Positions 35,331-50,039 of a stretch of 64,000 bases of DNA are shown piece after piece. Location of the stretch: the NCBI GenBank assembly GCA_002269645.1, contig NIVC01001552.1, positions 1 to 64,000 on the forward strand. The letters run 5' to 3'. The DNA comes from Macrostomum lignano. Lineage: Eukaryota. The notes under the pieces are model-generated. The model was not told where the DNA came from. It did not search any database and saw only the letters and a list, made by a program, of their open reading frames with translations. Made by a program: the position numbers and the translations under genes. The stretch's first letter is position 1, and each line of letters opens with the position of its first letter.

Positions 35331-38300
35331 GCGAGCCACCAATCAGTCAGTCGAGTTGACAGTGCAAGTTTTGCCCAGTAGTTTTTTGTGATCAACAATG
35401 AACTTGACAAAGTGTCTCATCCTCCAATTGTGCTTCTCAGAAATTTCCTAGCCACCCAAATCTCCCATGACCAGCCACCAAAGTCTCCCCTATACTCAGC
35501 CATGCACCCAAATCTGCCGAAACCAGCCACCTAAGTCTCCCCTACTCAGCCACCCAAACAGTTTCTCAGTTGCTCACATTTGCTCAGTTGCTTACCATTG
35601 CTCACATTTATTCACAATTTCTCACAATTGCTCTATGTTCTGTTTTTTTGTTTCTTTAATAAAAAAAATACAATTAAAGTGCTGGATAACTAAGACAATT
35701 ATTCCACTATTCAATCAATGAAATGAATTATGAAATTTTTCTGGTCATATATAATATGCTTATATACTGCTTAATAACTTCTTTAATCTATAAATGCAGT
35801 ACGATAACTGCAATGAGGGGTTTTATTTAAGGATTCCACGTTTATAGAGAGAAATTTATTGTAAAAGAGCCGAAAATAACACAAACATGAGAAATATGTG
35901 GCCGGCAAAATGTGCCGGCCACTTAAAAAGTGGCCGGAAATGTGGCCACTTAAAAAATGGCCGGAAATGTGGCCAAACGTGGGACACTCTTGGCCACTTT
36001 TAGGCTACTTGCGTTTGGCCACTTTTTGGCTACTTTTTTGGCCACATATTTTTTACAGTGTAGTGTTGGCACAATTAATCAATGTGTAAAGGCACCAGTG
36101 CAGCAGCAAGTCTTTGAAGCTAGTTTTATATAAATAAACTTCTTATTGCAGTGTACTCAAGCCTATACTTTGTGTATCTTGAATGCCTTTAAAATTCTAG
36201 TAGCTGTGCCTAGCCACAGTAGAATTATGCCAATGCTAATATTGATTTTGATATTTGTTTTCAAGAAGTTAATGAAGACAATCAATTAGCAAGAGTTGAT
36301 AAATATGAAAAGGCTTGGCAACAACTAGAATGTAGCTTTTAGCATGCATTTGGTGAATTTTCACATCTACAAAAATTTGTTGTTTATGTGGATATAGCAA
36401 TATTGATTTGTACTGTCTCTTATACCATTTGCTTGAGGTGTATAGTGGCTACCTAGTTTCCATCATTGACATAGTCCTTTTCTCCAAGTTGAGCATTGGG
36501 ATATAAGGTTTTAGGTAAACTATTTATAACAACTCAATTACTATTAATCAAAAAGCCATTTTCTATTTCAACATAAGGTGGGATATTTGTCACTACAGAG
36601 CATTTGTTGCTTGGATAGATAAAAAAATGCAACTGGACCAAATCAAATAGCCACTACATCTGTGAGACTTTTAAATCTAAGAGGTGTAAGTCTCTAAAAC
36701 TTATTTGTAGCTTAGTGATTTAAGAGCCTTTGGTTTATTTTAGGAATGTTGGAGGTTTGATTCTTAATCTCAAGCATTAATTATTTTTTTAATATATTAA
36801 AACTAGTATTCTAGATTATTTCTTATAACTTTTTTAGTTTAGTTTTTGTTATTAACAAAACCTTTTAGGATAAGAAGTTCCATACACTCTATAAATATGC
36901 ACTTGCAATTGTATCTCAGAGTTACTATTTAAGCAAGGCTTTTGACTCTTATAGTCACACCATGAGACTGCAATTAGGCCTAGAGCAATTTCTATTGATG
37001 TCCTCCTTCAAATAGAATTGTCTATTTGGCATAAAGCAATGACCCTATTTGCAGCTTACAAATACCATGCTGAATTTGATTCGCCCTTGTGGAATAAACT
37101 GTGTATAAGTATCCTTATTTTTGCCATTTATAAGTTTTGCCCTTATTTTGCCATTAAATTTTATTAAAATTTATATTATTAGCTTAAAGTTGGCTGTATC
37201 TTTTTATATAATTAATTTAATGTACCTTTCCAAACCAATGTATATTGAATTCTTAATATATTTGGTAGTTTGAGCCTTTCAGAAGCTCCTAAGCCATGTC
37301 CAGTAGACTAGAAACCCTGAATATCTAGCTTGATTTATGTCGCATTTTTTGCTTTTGAATCTTGATTAATAGGCCTATATAAAACATAGGTAAAATTTAC
37401 CTAAAATGTAGGCCTAGTCTGATACAAATGATGCAGATAAGGCTCAAATGCTATATTGATTTTATTAGAAATTAGGAGTCTAGAATTCTGAAGCTAGATG
37501 CATATTATTTTTTGTATTTGTATAGGAATATAAATTTTGCTATATAATTTGCTTCCGTATTATAAGCTCTCATATTTTAGTTTAAAAGTTTGACTAAACC
37601 CAAGCATCTCAATTCTTACTTGCAGCTAGTGAGCTAGAAAGTTATCTGAAGACTTTCAATATTCCCAAGTTTTTCATGCTAAACACTTGTTTTGGTTTGC
37701 AACACTGAGCCTTAGTTATTAATATTACTAAGGTTATATAGGTTATAGGCCAAGGCCAATGAGGTTTATAAAGTTAAGCCGTACAATTAAAAAATATTTT
37801 AAAAGTTTAAATTATTTTTTAAATATGTTTTAAATACAATAAGGCAGAAAGTATGTATATATAGTTATAGGCGGCTATCCTATAGTTTTGCACGTTAAAT
37901 TATTACCCCCACCCCCCCACCACCCTTGAATAGAGGGCAAAATAATTCCGTAAAATAATTTAACGTGCGAAACTACAGGATAGCCTTATAGGCTTATTTG
38001 TCATTTTGTCCAATATATATTGAGATTTTCCTTTAGGTTTAAGCCCTACTTTATTTCAATTCATTTGGTTAATTCTAAATTAAAATAAATAGGCCTAATC
38101 TTTAGGCCTAACTTTAAAATAAATTTCTAGTTAATGCCTAGTTAAATAAAATTTTTGGTAAATAAGCCTTTTCATATGATGTTGCTTGTTTTGGTTCTAG
38201 AACCAGATCATATTTGTAAAGTATAACTTTTTGCCTCCTAAACTAATGAATAGGCATATAGCTATAGGGCTAGCTAGGCCTATATGTGCTATAAGTATTT

Positions 38301-38522
38301 GTATATATAAAGTTGTCATTTTTACTTTAGCTATAAGCCACACTCAGGAAGGTTACATGTAAGCTGGAATTTTCTGGCGTACCATTGAAAAGTTTGGCTA
38401 TTTTGGCGTACCACTTTGGCGTACCACTTTGAGCTCGAGAAATTTTTGGCGTACCAATTTTGGTGAATAAATTCATGCCGTGTATAAAAATTGTAATGTA
38501 AATTAACCCTTTTTAGTTTTAG

Positions 38523-39170
38523 TCTATACATATAAAAATCAAAACTCTGTCTGTCTGTGGACAAATTACTTCGCTATGGACTCCCAAACCGCTCAACCAA
38601 ATTACACCAAACTTTACACCCACCCTAAACGTACTACGGAGAATGTCTTAGGCTACCTTTAAATTTCCTAGACTCAAGTCTTCCTACCTAAAAGTACAAA
38701 AAACTGCTCAAAATGCGCGATTTTTTCACTTAATCCTCCATAGCGCCGTTCCACTTTTACCGATTCTCTTCAAATTTGACACAATCAATCTTTAACTATT
38801 GTGACACAATCGTGTAAAATTTCGAGTCTCAAAGTTAATCCTGAACGGCGCTGTTCACTTCTAAAGTTAGTCTGCTTTTTTCAGCGAGACAGCCACCCCA
38901 ACCTCCGCCCGCCTGCCTCTCTTTCCCAATCTGGGCCCAGATGTGTAAAAGGGTTTCAAAATTGACTAACTTTCAGCTGCCATAAGTTTGCTCCACGTAA
39001 AGCGATTGACTTCAAACTTGACACAATTCTTCATTGACTCATTCTCTGTCTAAATGTAAAGTTTCAACTCTGTAACTCAACCGAAAAAGAAACTGTAAGC
39101 ATGTGAAGTTTGTCTGCTTTTTCTGTTGTTTGTGCCACTCACTCACTCATTCCCCCAACGCCAGACGAAG
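38523..39170 (+). mobile_element. Helitron-like non-autonomous element, 5' end recognisable
   Basis: TCTATACATATAAAAATCAAAACTCTGTCTGTCTGT...CCGCTCAACCAAATTACACCAAACTT resembles invertebrate Helitron 5' ends. The 3' end is uncertain. Confidence 0.42.
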
Positions 39171-39739
39171 GGTCAGGCGATAGGACTGAATGTACATAGC
39201 GAATGTACAGTGTTTTGGAACAACTTTTTAATAGCCTTCTCTGCACCCCCAGAGTGGAGAGGCTACGTTTAGCCATGACGGTTTAGTGAGAAATTCTAAC
39301 CACTGCCCTCCCCTCTGTATTGGCAAACTCTGCAGCAGTTTAACACTGGATGGCAATTGGCAAATCGAGGGAATCCAGCATGGTTTGTAAAAGCGAAAGA
39401 TTTATGAAAAGGCGATGCGATGCAATGAAATACAACCCTACTAAATTAGGCACACCATTGAAATTTTAAGTTTCTCTTAAAAGTACTTTGAAATTTAAAT
39501 GGCCTAAGAAATGCATATTTCATTGGTTGTTAGACTGATGCAGACTGCAGTGGAGCTGAAGATACACAAATTCCTTTCAGGGCTGCAAATTGGCAAGAAA
39601 GATGACGTGATCAAAGCATGAGAATAACGATGAGAGTAGTACATCCCACAAACTGGCTTTCGAAGCAGGGATCGGCAGACTTTTACTTCAAAAGCCAGAT
39701 AAAGAATCCAGCTTATGTGCGGGCCAGATGAGAGTGGAA

Positions 39740-41640
<1,901 letters not shown>

Positions 41641-42624
41641 AGAGACGATAGAAATTTTAAAGGATCCAAGGGACGTAGGGAGAGTCAGGGAGAGACCAGA
41701 GTTTAGCAATATATGTTTTAGAGTCAGACAGACATTGCCTGACATTCTGCGCAGTACCCCAGCCAACAATGTCTCAAACCCTAATTTTACACGAATGTGC
41801 TCCATTTTATGTCTACCTCTATCCTACTAACTATTAACAAGTTTTTGTTTGTGTATGGCCTTAGATTTCAGAATACATGCAAAAATAGTTCCGGGGATTG
41901 GAATTCCCCGGGTTCAAAATCCGCGGGTTTCAACAGCTTGTTTTTACATAAAATAAAGGAAAATTAGTATAGTCTAGAAAATAAGTGATAAACTTTCTGC
42001 TGTTTTAAAATTAACAATAAATAAAACTTGTGTAAATTATTGCTAAGAATGTAAATTTTGCATTTTTTTCTGTAGGTTTAATTTAAGTTTGTTTAAAATG
42101 AAAATATTCGTAATTTTTTGATCAAGAATTTTCGTACGAAAACCTTTCTTAGAAAACTCTACTCGTCAAAACCGAATGACCTTTTTTAGGAGGAATTTTT
42201 GGCGTACATTTTAGGGAATTTTTTTGTTTTTGGCGTTAAATTATAATTAAGTAAGTAAATTACACTGGCGTACATTTAGCTGAGATAGGATTCTTGTTCC
42301 GGCGTACACTACTACACAATCTGAACCGTGGGCTATAAGTTAGAAAAAAACTTTCAAAGAAAGCATTCAAAGGAAACCCTTGTGATTGAAGGCTTGCCTA
42401 ACTGTACAAAGCATAACTGCCATAAGATTAAGATTTAAGAATATACGAGTTAACTGTAGGGCCTATTAATTACAGCAACATTAAACGTTCTGGCTCATTC
42501 CAAGTGTTTAAAGAACGGAATTTACAGAATAGCATGCTGGACCACTATTTTTACTATAATTAGGACGCAAAGATTCAACTCAAATTTATGCGTTATTAAA
42601 AGTCACAATAAAACACAATTTTTT

Positions 42625-42994
42625 TATAATTATTATTTTTTTTTAGTGGCAGGGGGGTTGTGTGCACCCTGGCACACTTTAAGCGACATAGGCACACAAC
42701 CGGCGAGAGGCATTACTGCCCATTCCGCCGACTCCCCTGAGCAGGCATACAAGCGCGCGGATACGTTACGCAGGCACACACTCACACAGGAGTGTACAGC
42801 GGCCCTAACTTTATCAATTGTTAGGCATGTACACTTCATTGCGCCTTGGGAGGTTGGCTCTCAAGGCCGTTAATTGCACAAGCGAGCCAAGCTGAAATTC
42901 CAATTCAGCCCCAAATTAATGTGGCTGCACTTGGAATCGAGCCTGGGTCGCGGCACACCAGAGCAGCTGCGCTACCGCTGGGCTACGGCCCCCC
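42625..42994 (-). mobile_element. tRNA-derived SINE
   Basis: Minus strand GGGGCCGTAGCCCAGCGGTAGCGCAGC...CAGGCTCGATTCC (A and B boxes), ~300 bp of unique body and an A-rich tail (aaaaaaaaataataat). Confidence 0.7.
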
Positions 42995-43656
42995 TAGTTT
43001 AATAATATAATAATATTATAATTTATAATAATAAATTGTTATTGTTTGAATAGAAAAATAAAATTGACCAATATCTGGTCTGTTATAATTAAATATTAAA
43101 GCTATATAAAGAACTTTAAAATTAAGACACCGTAAACTATCCGCGCCGGCGTAATGCGCGCTACAGTCACATGGAGGACAATGAGGCAAGGACGACTTGC
43201 AATCGTCCTTGAGTCCTTAAGTCGTCCTTGCAATGAGGCTTTTAATGAGGCTTTTCATATAGGGGCCTACCAATTCCAGAACCAAAATCATTTCGGATCT
43301 TTGCAGAAAAAAGCAGTAAAACTTTATTAGATGGTTGACTGCCTAAACAGCCTAATTTTGCCCAATTTTTTTCACTTTGGTCGTGAATATTTCTATTCAA
43401 TATTTGCAACTTTAATTATAGCACGCATTTTCCTTTTATTTTTTGGAGACAAAAAGTTAGGCCTATAGGGCCTACTTTACAAATTGGATCTGGTTCTAAA
43501 ACCAGAGCAAGCAATATGAAAAGACCCAATGTTAGGCCATAGGTGGGGGTTGGATAATATCAAATTTTCGAGATTAAATTCTTGCTCATGTTTAATATTC
43601 AAGAATCAAGATTAGGCCTAATTTGCATAATTGCATAGGCCTATAGTAGGTAGGTA

Positions 43657-44901
43657 GGCAATTTTCCTTTTCCGTTCATTAAATTATTTTTTCAATTGAA
43701 ACGTATTGGGAACATTGTGAAACACTCAAAAATGATGTAACTAAACAGAACAGAACAGAACAAGTGTAGTGCTGATTAGTGTTCACTCAGCACTCAGCAC
43801 TCTGGTCTCTGCAGTGATATTTACACAACGTAGTAGTGGGCGATCCAATAGAGCATGTTGCCGAAGGTGTTGGTGGGATGCATTTTGTGCCACATTAATT
43901 CTTCTAGGTAGGACTCAAACAGAGCCTTACTAGTACCATGCATGGCACAAAATTTGGCCTTGCAGTGTGCCCATGTCCCCTCAATGAGGTTTGTGTGCAT
44001 CATTGGGTCCTGAGGATTAACAAATGCCAGCTAGTGGTTCACAACTTGGTGGTTCACACCTGCAGCCTAAAGCTAGGCATAAGCTTGCCATCTGTCCATT
44101 ATGATGCGAGTTCCAGGAAGGACATGGCATTGGATGAGCGGCAGGAGGGTGGCAGCATTGCGTTGCGCAACTGGCACGAGTATACACTTCCTGGCCCCAT
44201 GCTCTATCATGCTAAGCACCACTGACCGTCATGGTGAGCTCCTTGGTGGAACTTGCAGTAGAAAAAGTATGATTCATCTATCTCCACTTTGCGGCCGGGG
44301 CCACCAAGCTCAATGGGATGGTCCGTGAGGAATTGGGTGCAGATATCACAAATGAAGTTCTGCCAATCAACAATTGCATTGTGGCCAATGTTGCTCTGGC
44401 GTTGGCACTTACCTTGCTTCACATTGGTTGCCCACTACTAGATTAGGTCTAGCAGTTGCGTCAGTGTCAGGTGGCTACCCTTGAAAAACGATCCCTTCCT
44501 GATTGACACTTGAGCATGACACCCAACATACGCCCACACAAGCCCATCAATGTAGCGGTCACCTGCACGCCATTGCAGCCACATTGCCGGTGCTTCAGGA
44601 CAGGCTACACAAGAACATGTGTTGGCCAGCAGGTGGTATGACACCATCTAGTTGACAACATCTTGGGATGTAGCCATGATGGCCCCTAGCTCTCGCATGG
44701 TAAAATTGATGTTTGTCAACTCCATTGCTAGTCGCACTTGAGCAGGGGGCACGATAAACTTTAGTGCAGCAGGGCGTCTAGCCATGTTGTTCAAGATACG
44801 ATGATCAGGCTGAAAAGTTACATCATTTTTGAGTGTTTCACAATGTTCCCAATACATTTCCATTGAAAAAATAATTTAACAAACAGAAAAGGAAAATTGC
44901 G
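43657..44901 (-). mobile_element. Merlin (IS1016/IS1595-like) DNA transposon, 1245 bp, 86-bp imperfect TIRs, 8-bp TSD GGTAGGTA
   Basis: TIRs at 43657-43742 and 44816-44901 begin GG(C)AATTTTCC, with one terminal mismatch. TSD at 43649-43656 and 44902-44909. Confidence 0.85.
43821..44790 (-). pseudogene. Merlin transposase pseudogene
   Basis: Fragments VSIRKGSFFKGSHL, GGPGRKVEIDES and HTNLIEGTW...YLEELMW match Merlin/IS1595 DDE motifs. Stops and frameshifts. Confidence 0.82.
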
Positions 44902-45564
44902 GGTAGGTAAGTAAGTAGGGCAGTAGGCCTATCCTCTAATATAATAACTGTATAGGCTATTTTCACTAGGCCTAGGCCCTATTCTATCTATCAATATTGT
45001 TATTGTTAGTCTACTTGTTGTTTAATGTTTACAGTGATGATAATATTAAAAAATAAGCTTGTTAATTACTTAATCAAGTTGATATAGGCCTATATAAATG
45101 TAAGTATTGATATTGAATAAAATTGGCAAGCTTCAAGTTTGTTTTATAAAATGATTATTTCTTATCATCCAAAGCTAAAACCCAAAAGTGACCCAAAATT
45201 TTAATGTCAACAATGCAAGCAAGCATGTAATTGAGATAGGCCTATAGGCTATAGCTTATTCATTTTTATTCATTAAAAATATTCAAAAATGTCATTTTTA
45301 TTCAGCTTATTTAGAGCTTTAAGTTCAAATTAGCTTCAATGAACAATAGCTATTGTGTAGTTTCAGCTAAGAGCAATACCTCTTCTTGGTCACAATGAGT
45401 CTCTTAGGCTTAGCATTAGGCCTAGGCCTAAAGAGATGTTCAGAATCTGTTTTTCAATTAATATAAAGCTGTGCACAAGACATGGCTTTTGGTGTTTGGG
45501 AGCTGCAAACTTGGGAGGTTTGTTATTAAATAATGAATGAGAAAGGTGATTAGTAGAGTTTAGA

Positions 45565-45940
45565 TGGCAAGGCAAACCCATAAAACTCCATTAGCAAGAA
45601 AAGAGAGAGAGGGGGGTTAAAGTGGCAAACATTGAAGGACTGGGGGGGGGGGAGGAAGGGTTGGCTAAAGTGACAAGAAACAAAAAATATTATTTCTTTT
45701 CAGTATAAGTCCTTCAGCACTAAAGAGAAATTCAGAATCTGCACTAGAGGCAGGGCCAACTTAGGGGGAGGGGTTGAAGTCAATGAAAAAGGAAAGTGAT
45801 CAGTGAAGCCTACAAGTTTAAGTAGCAAGGCAAACCCATAAAACTCCATTGCAAGGAGAGAAAGAGAGAAAGGAGGTTTAAAGTGGTGAATATTAAGAGA
45901 CTGGGAAAGAGAAGAGGAGGGGTTGGCTAAAGTGACAAAC
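45565..45940. repeat. ~110-bp imperfect direct repeat (copies ~45568 and ~45826)
   Basis: gcaaggcaaacccataaaactccatt...ggttaaagtgg...gggttggctaaagtgaca occurs twice. Confidence 0.7.
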
Positions 45941-47214
45941 ATAAAGAAAAGGGGAGGGAGTTAAATGGGAGCAGATTTAGATTTGTCTCTTGTTTTCTAT
46001 ATTAAGTTGATGGGCTTATTATCAATTTATATAGATTGATTCACTAATTGTGACTATGGTATGTCTGGTACCCTGTCTATGCCCTAGCAGTGCCTAGGCC
46101 TAGTCTAGACTCTAGTGTTAAGATGATAAAATTTCTGACTTACCTTCCAAGCTGTTTCTTTCCTATCCTGTTTTGATTGAGTCACTATAGTCATTGATTA
46201 CAATACTTACATTTAATTCAAACATTTATCTAACCCAATAATGAAATTAGGACATACCCAAACCTTTTATAGAAAGTGCAATATGCATAGCAAATGGTTT
46301 TAACAAATCTTAAATAATACAATGAGACTCAAATTTTGGGTATCATTGTACCCAAAAGTGTAAATAGATAAGAGCAGAATAAATAGAGCAATAGGCTAAA
46401 GTTGTAAATAAAGCAATAGATAGGCCTAGGATAATAAAAATAGCAATCAATAGATAGATAGATAGATAGATAAAGCAATAGATAAGACTTAGAATCTAGA
46501 TCATTTTCTGATGCTGTTTCCTATCCCTTTTCACTTTTGGTCACAAACATCATTTTTTAGCCCATCTACCATGGCATTATGTTGCACAGTTGCAGCAACA
46601 ATTCAAGCTTGAAAATATTATTAGGAAACAAACAAATTAGAAAATCACCATAATCTTATAATACCATAGCCACAAATCTCTAACTATAAAAATCAATAGT
46701 CATATAATTACAAATCTCAACTTTTTTTCAAGATTTAAAACTAAGATGCCAAGTGCCAAGATCTTGACAATCAAGATTGTGAACAAGATCCCTAGCCATA
46801 GGCCATGAAAATTAGTTTTACAAAGATAGGTTCTCAAAGACCATGATATATAACTTATGATAGGCCACCTATTAATCACTTATATTGCTATATAAGCTAA
46901 TGCTATAAAAACTTTGCAACTTGCAACAATGCTAAAATCAATAGGGCATATTGAACTTAATTTTATTAGTGTTTCTGCAATATAGGCATCTGTCTTTTTG
47001 AGTATTCAACCTATTTGTAAGCACTAAGCATGTCCAAAATATTAAAATTCTATTCAAGTAAGACACTTGCAAGGTTGCAAAGGCTTTCTTGATTAGATAA
47101 TTTTATATCTTACAAGTAGAACTCCTTCTCAGAAGAGAAAAGAGAAGAACTTATATCACCAGAACTCTACAACAAAATACATGGCCTCACAAGCAAAGGT
47201 CACAGTTAGAGCAA

Positions 47215-49230
47215 GGTGCATCAGATGACACGTTGCAAAGCCTGGGAGCAAATGAAATCCACTCCGTTGGCAGTGTCAGGTGCCCCAGCATTACACAGCA
47301 GGCAGTCCACGTATTGATAGGTTTGGGCTTGACCCCGCCTTATTTTCACCCTGCAAAATGAGCAGCAGGACGTCCTGAACAGGTTGGCGGCAGTAGCCCT
47401 CAGCCCGGATCACGTGGCCTGCCAGCCAGCCAGTTACCGCCAGCACAGGATGGTGGACAGGCACTGCAGCTTGGCCCAATTGTACAGGGCCTTGGTCATA
47501 ATGCTCTCGTCAGCTCAAGTTACCCTTGAACTCAACACCGAGTCAAACGCCTTTCGAAAGTCAACAAAGACAAAATAATCAGCGTAGACTAGCAGATACG
47601 CGCCTCCGCGATGACCCGGCGGAGTGCAAGGATCTGTCATTGTACCCCATTGGGGCCGGAATCCGTTCTGCTCGTACCTCAGGTACGGGTCCAGCACCGA
47701 CTGCAGGCGATCGAGAAGCAGACGGTTGAAGAGCTTCGCGGTGCAGGACATCAGCGAGATATCGCGGTGGTCTTCTTTCCGCGTTGCTCCTGCCTTCTTT
47801 GGGATCGGCACGATGTGCGCGACAGTCCACTGGGTGGGCGCAGGAGCGCCCGCGAGCACGCGGTTTATGACGCCTGTGACCTGGGAGGCCACACAGCGGA
47901 GCCGCAGCGTCTCGACCGGGACTTCGTCGGGGCCGAGCGCATTGCCGCCTGGCTCTTCACGTCGGGGCCGACTGCAGTGATCGACCTCACGGCGTCATCG
48001 ACAGCAGCCTGCTGCCGCTCGTCTAGAAGGCGCTCAAACGCGTCTTCAGCGTCGCCTGTGGGCCGCCTGTTTCTGCGGAGTCGCTCGATGTTGAGCCGCG
48101 CCTGCCTGATGGTCGGGTCGCTCTGCCAGGCAGGCAGCGATTTTTGCGCTGGCCGCATCAGCGGGACCGTCTACTCCGCAGCGGCTCTAACGGCGGTGCT
48201 GATGTCGGTATACTCCGCCTCGCGCTGGTCTCCAAGCGCGCCGACGAAGGCACCCGAGAATTGACGCTTCACGCGGGTGTCCGACAGTGCGCGATAGTAG
48301 CGCCGTGGCCGCTGCTTTGGCGGTCGGTAGAGCTGGTCGCGGAGCCGCAAGTCGCAGATCAGGAGTCGGTGGTCTGACCGGGGAGCCAGCGGAGCCATGG
48401 TGTCGCAGTTGGTGACGCGGCGGCGATCGCGAGTGCGAACCAGCGCATGATCGAGTTGCGCCAGTTCCGCCCGCATGAGTTCCGTCACCTTTGTGATCAG
48501 GTGACCAGGCGGGCAGGGGGCTTGCGGAACTGGGTGTTCGCGGACACCAGGTCCAGCCGGTCAAGCAGATTCTCCAGCGCATCGGTGTTTGGCGTTCTCG
48601 CGTCCCGCGACAAAAGACGAGTGCTCGGACCTCCGCAGGACTGCGTTCAGGTCTCCGAGCACTGCCAGTGTGTCGCGGTTTGGCACCTCTTCCAGCTGCC
48701 CAGCCAGGAAGTCGAAAAACACGAGCCTCCTCGGGGTGAGCAGCGGTGGGTGCATACGCGCAGAACAGCCGGATGCTGTTCGACCCGCATCAGTCGCGGG
48801 GACAGCGAGATGCAGTGCACGCTCTGCTGGAGGCGCGGTCCGATCAGCACGCCGACACCGCCTCGGCCGCGATCGTCTGTCGACGCGTACAGGAGGCTCC
48901 AGCCAGTTCCGAGGTCCTCAGAGTGGAGCCCTAGCTCAGCCACGATAGAGACCTCCTGCAGCGTGACGAGGTCCAGCTGTAGGTCGTGGGCCAGCTGGAC
49001 AAGGATGGTGCGACGCCAGAGGGCCTTCAGAGTTCGGCAGTTAATCGTGCCGAGCCTGAGGCGGCCACCTGGTACAGCTGGGGCCAGATGGAGGTTGGCC
49101 TCGTGGTCCCCGGCGCCACCCGGCTGATCCGTAGTTTGATCCATAAGACACTAGCAACAAGCGCCTGGCCGCGCCACAGAGTCGCCCTCGCCGGTTGCGC
49201 TCGCAAGGATACTCGCGACATGGACTCAGT
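47215..49230 (-). mobile_element. RTE-clade non-LTR retrotransposon, internally deleted and frameshifted
   Basis: APE endonuclease LGTINCRTL...LQEV...RGGVGVLI. RT N-terminal IVPIPKK...DISLMSCTAKLFNRLLLDRL...EQNGFR and VFVDFRKAFDSV are joined directly to the C-terminal AGHVIRAEG tail. The YADD core is absent. Confidence 0.82.
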
Positions 49231-50039
49231 ATCACAGCATCTTAAATTGCGCACACATTTAATGAACTCAAAAGATTTTGAAAGCCAGATATGCAAAGAA
49301 ATCAAACAACGCATCTGATTCATTGTGAATAATTCTAGGAAAGACGGTGTATTTCTGCTTACTTTTGTTGTTGCTTCAGAAAACGAGCTGTCTTCTAATT
49401 CAGTCTATATCTGTCAAACACTGAATGCGCACTTATTAACTAACCCACGCAATAAGCCCAGCTTTTCCATATTAAGATTTTAGTATATAAAAAAATTCAA
49501 CACTTTGTGCAAGTGCACTGAACTCTTATCTGCTATAAACTGCCCAGGGCTAGATCTGTATATACATGACCCGATTCATACGAGTCTTCTAGCATACAGC
49601 ATGGAAAGATATATTAAATATAAGAGTACCACCAACCAGTCTAACCGTAGCTGTTCGTTTAATGTTTACTTTGATAATTATTAAAATGCAAATTATTTAA
49701 CAAGCAATTGCTCTTTCGTGTTGCTTAGAATGTCGATTCGTGTGCTCAGTGTGTGTACTCTCTTTCTCTCTGCCTTTAACTACATAGACTTACCTGTTGC
49801 TAGAAAAAAATGTTGGCGAGTTTACACACGGCAGGGTAGCTGCTGCCCAGTAAGTGGCTGCTTGACAGCTCCACAGCTCCCCGCACCTTCATCTTTGAAG
49901 CTTTTGCCTAGGTAGCTAATAAACTGGACAGGTCTTAACAGTGAATGGATCTTGTTATAATTATGTTGCTCCAAATTTCAGCTGGTGTGTTAATAAATTG
50001 AACAGTTCAGTAGAGGGAAAAGGTCAGTATTTAGACAGC

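Larger units (their letters stand above)
28601..36060 (+). mobile_element. Animal CACTA/EnSpm DNA transposon, 7460 bp including the nested mariner, 2-bp TSD (TA)
   Basis: Termini CACTGTAAAAAAT / ATTTTTTACAGTG (13 bp perfect) flanked by TA on both sides. gtggcc subterminal repeats at both ends. Internal EnSpm-type transposase motifs. Confidence 0.85.

Noticed and set aside
36200-37120. Faint coding-like fragments (e.g. CHYRAFVAWI, reminiscent of transposon-associated Cys-rich domains)
   Set aside because: Too short and interrupted to support; no termini found.
42920-42994. tRNA gene
   Set aside because: Pol III A/B boxes are present, but there is no complete cloverleaf or acceptor stem, and it continues into a SINE body with an A-rich tail.
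45390-45960. Second hammerhead or Penelope remnant near the 110-bp direct repeat
   Set aside because: The CTGAAGG...GAAA core is imperfect with no convincing stems, and the protein similarity is marginal.
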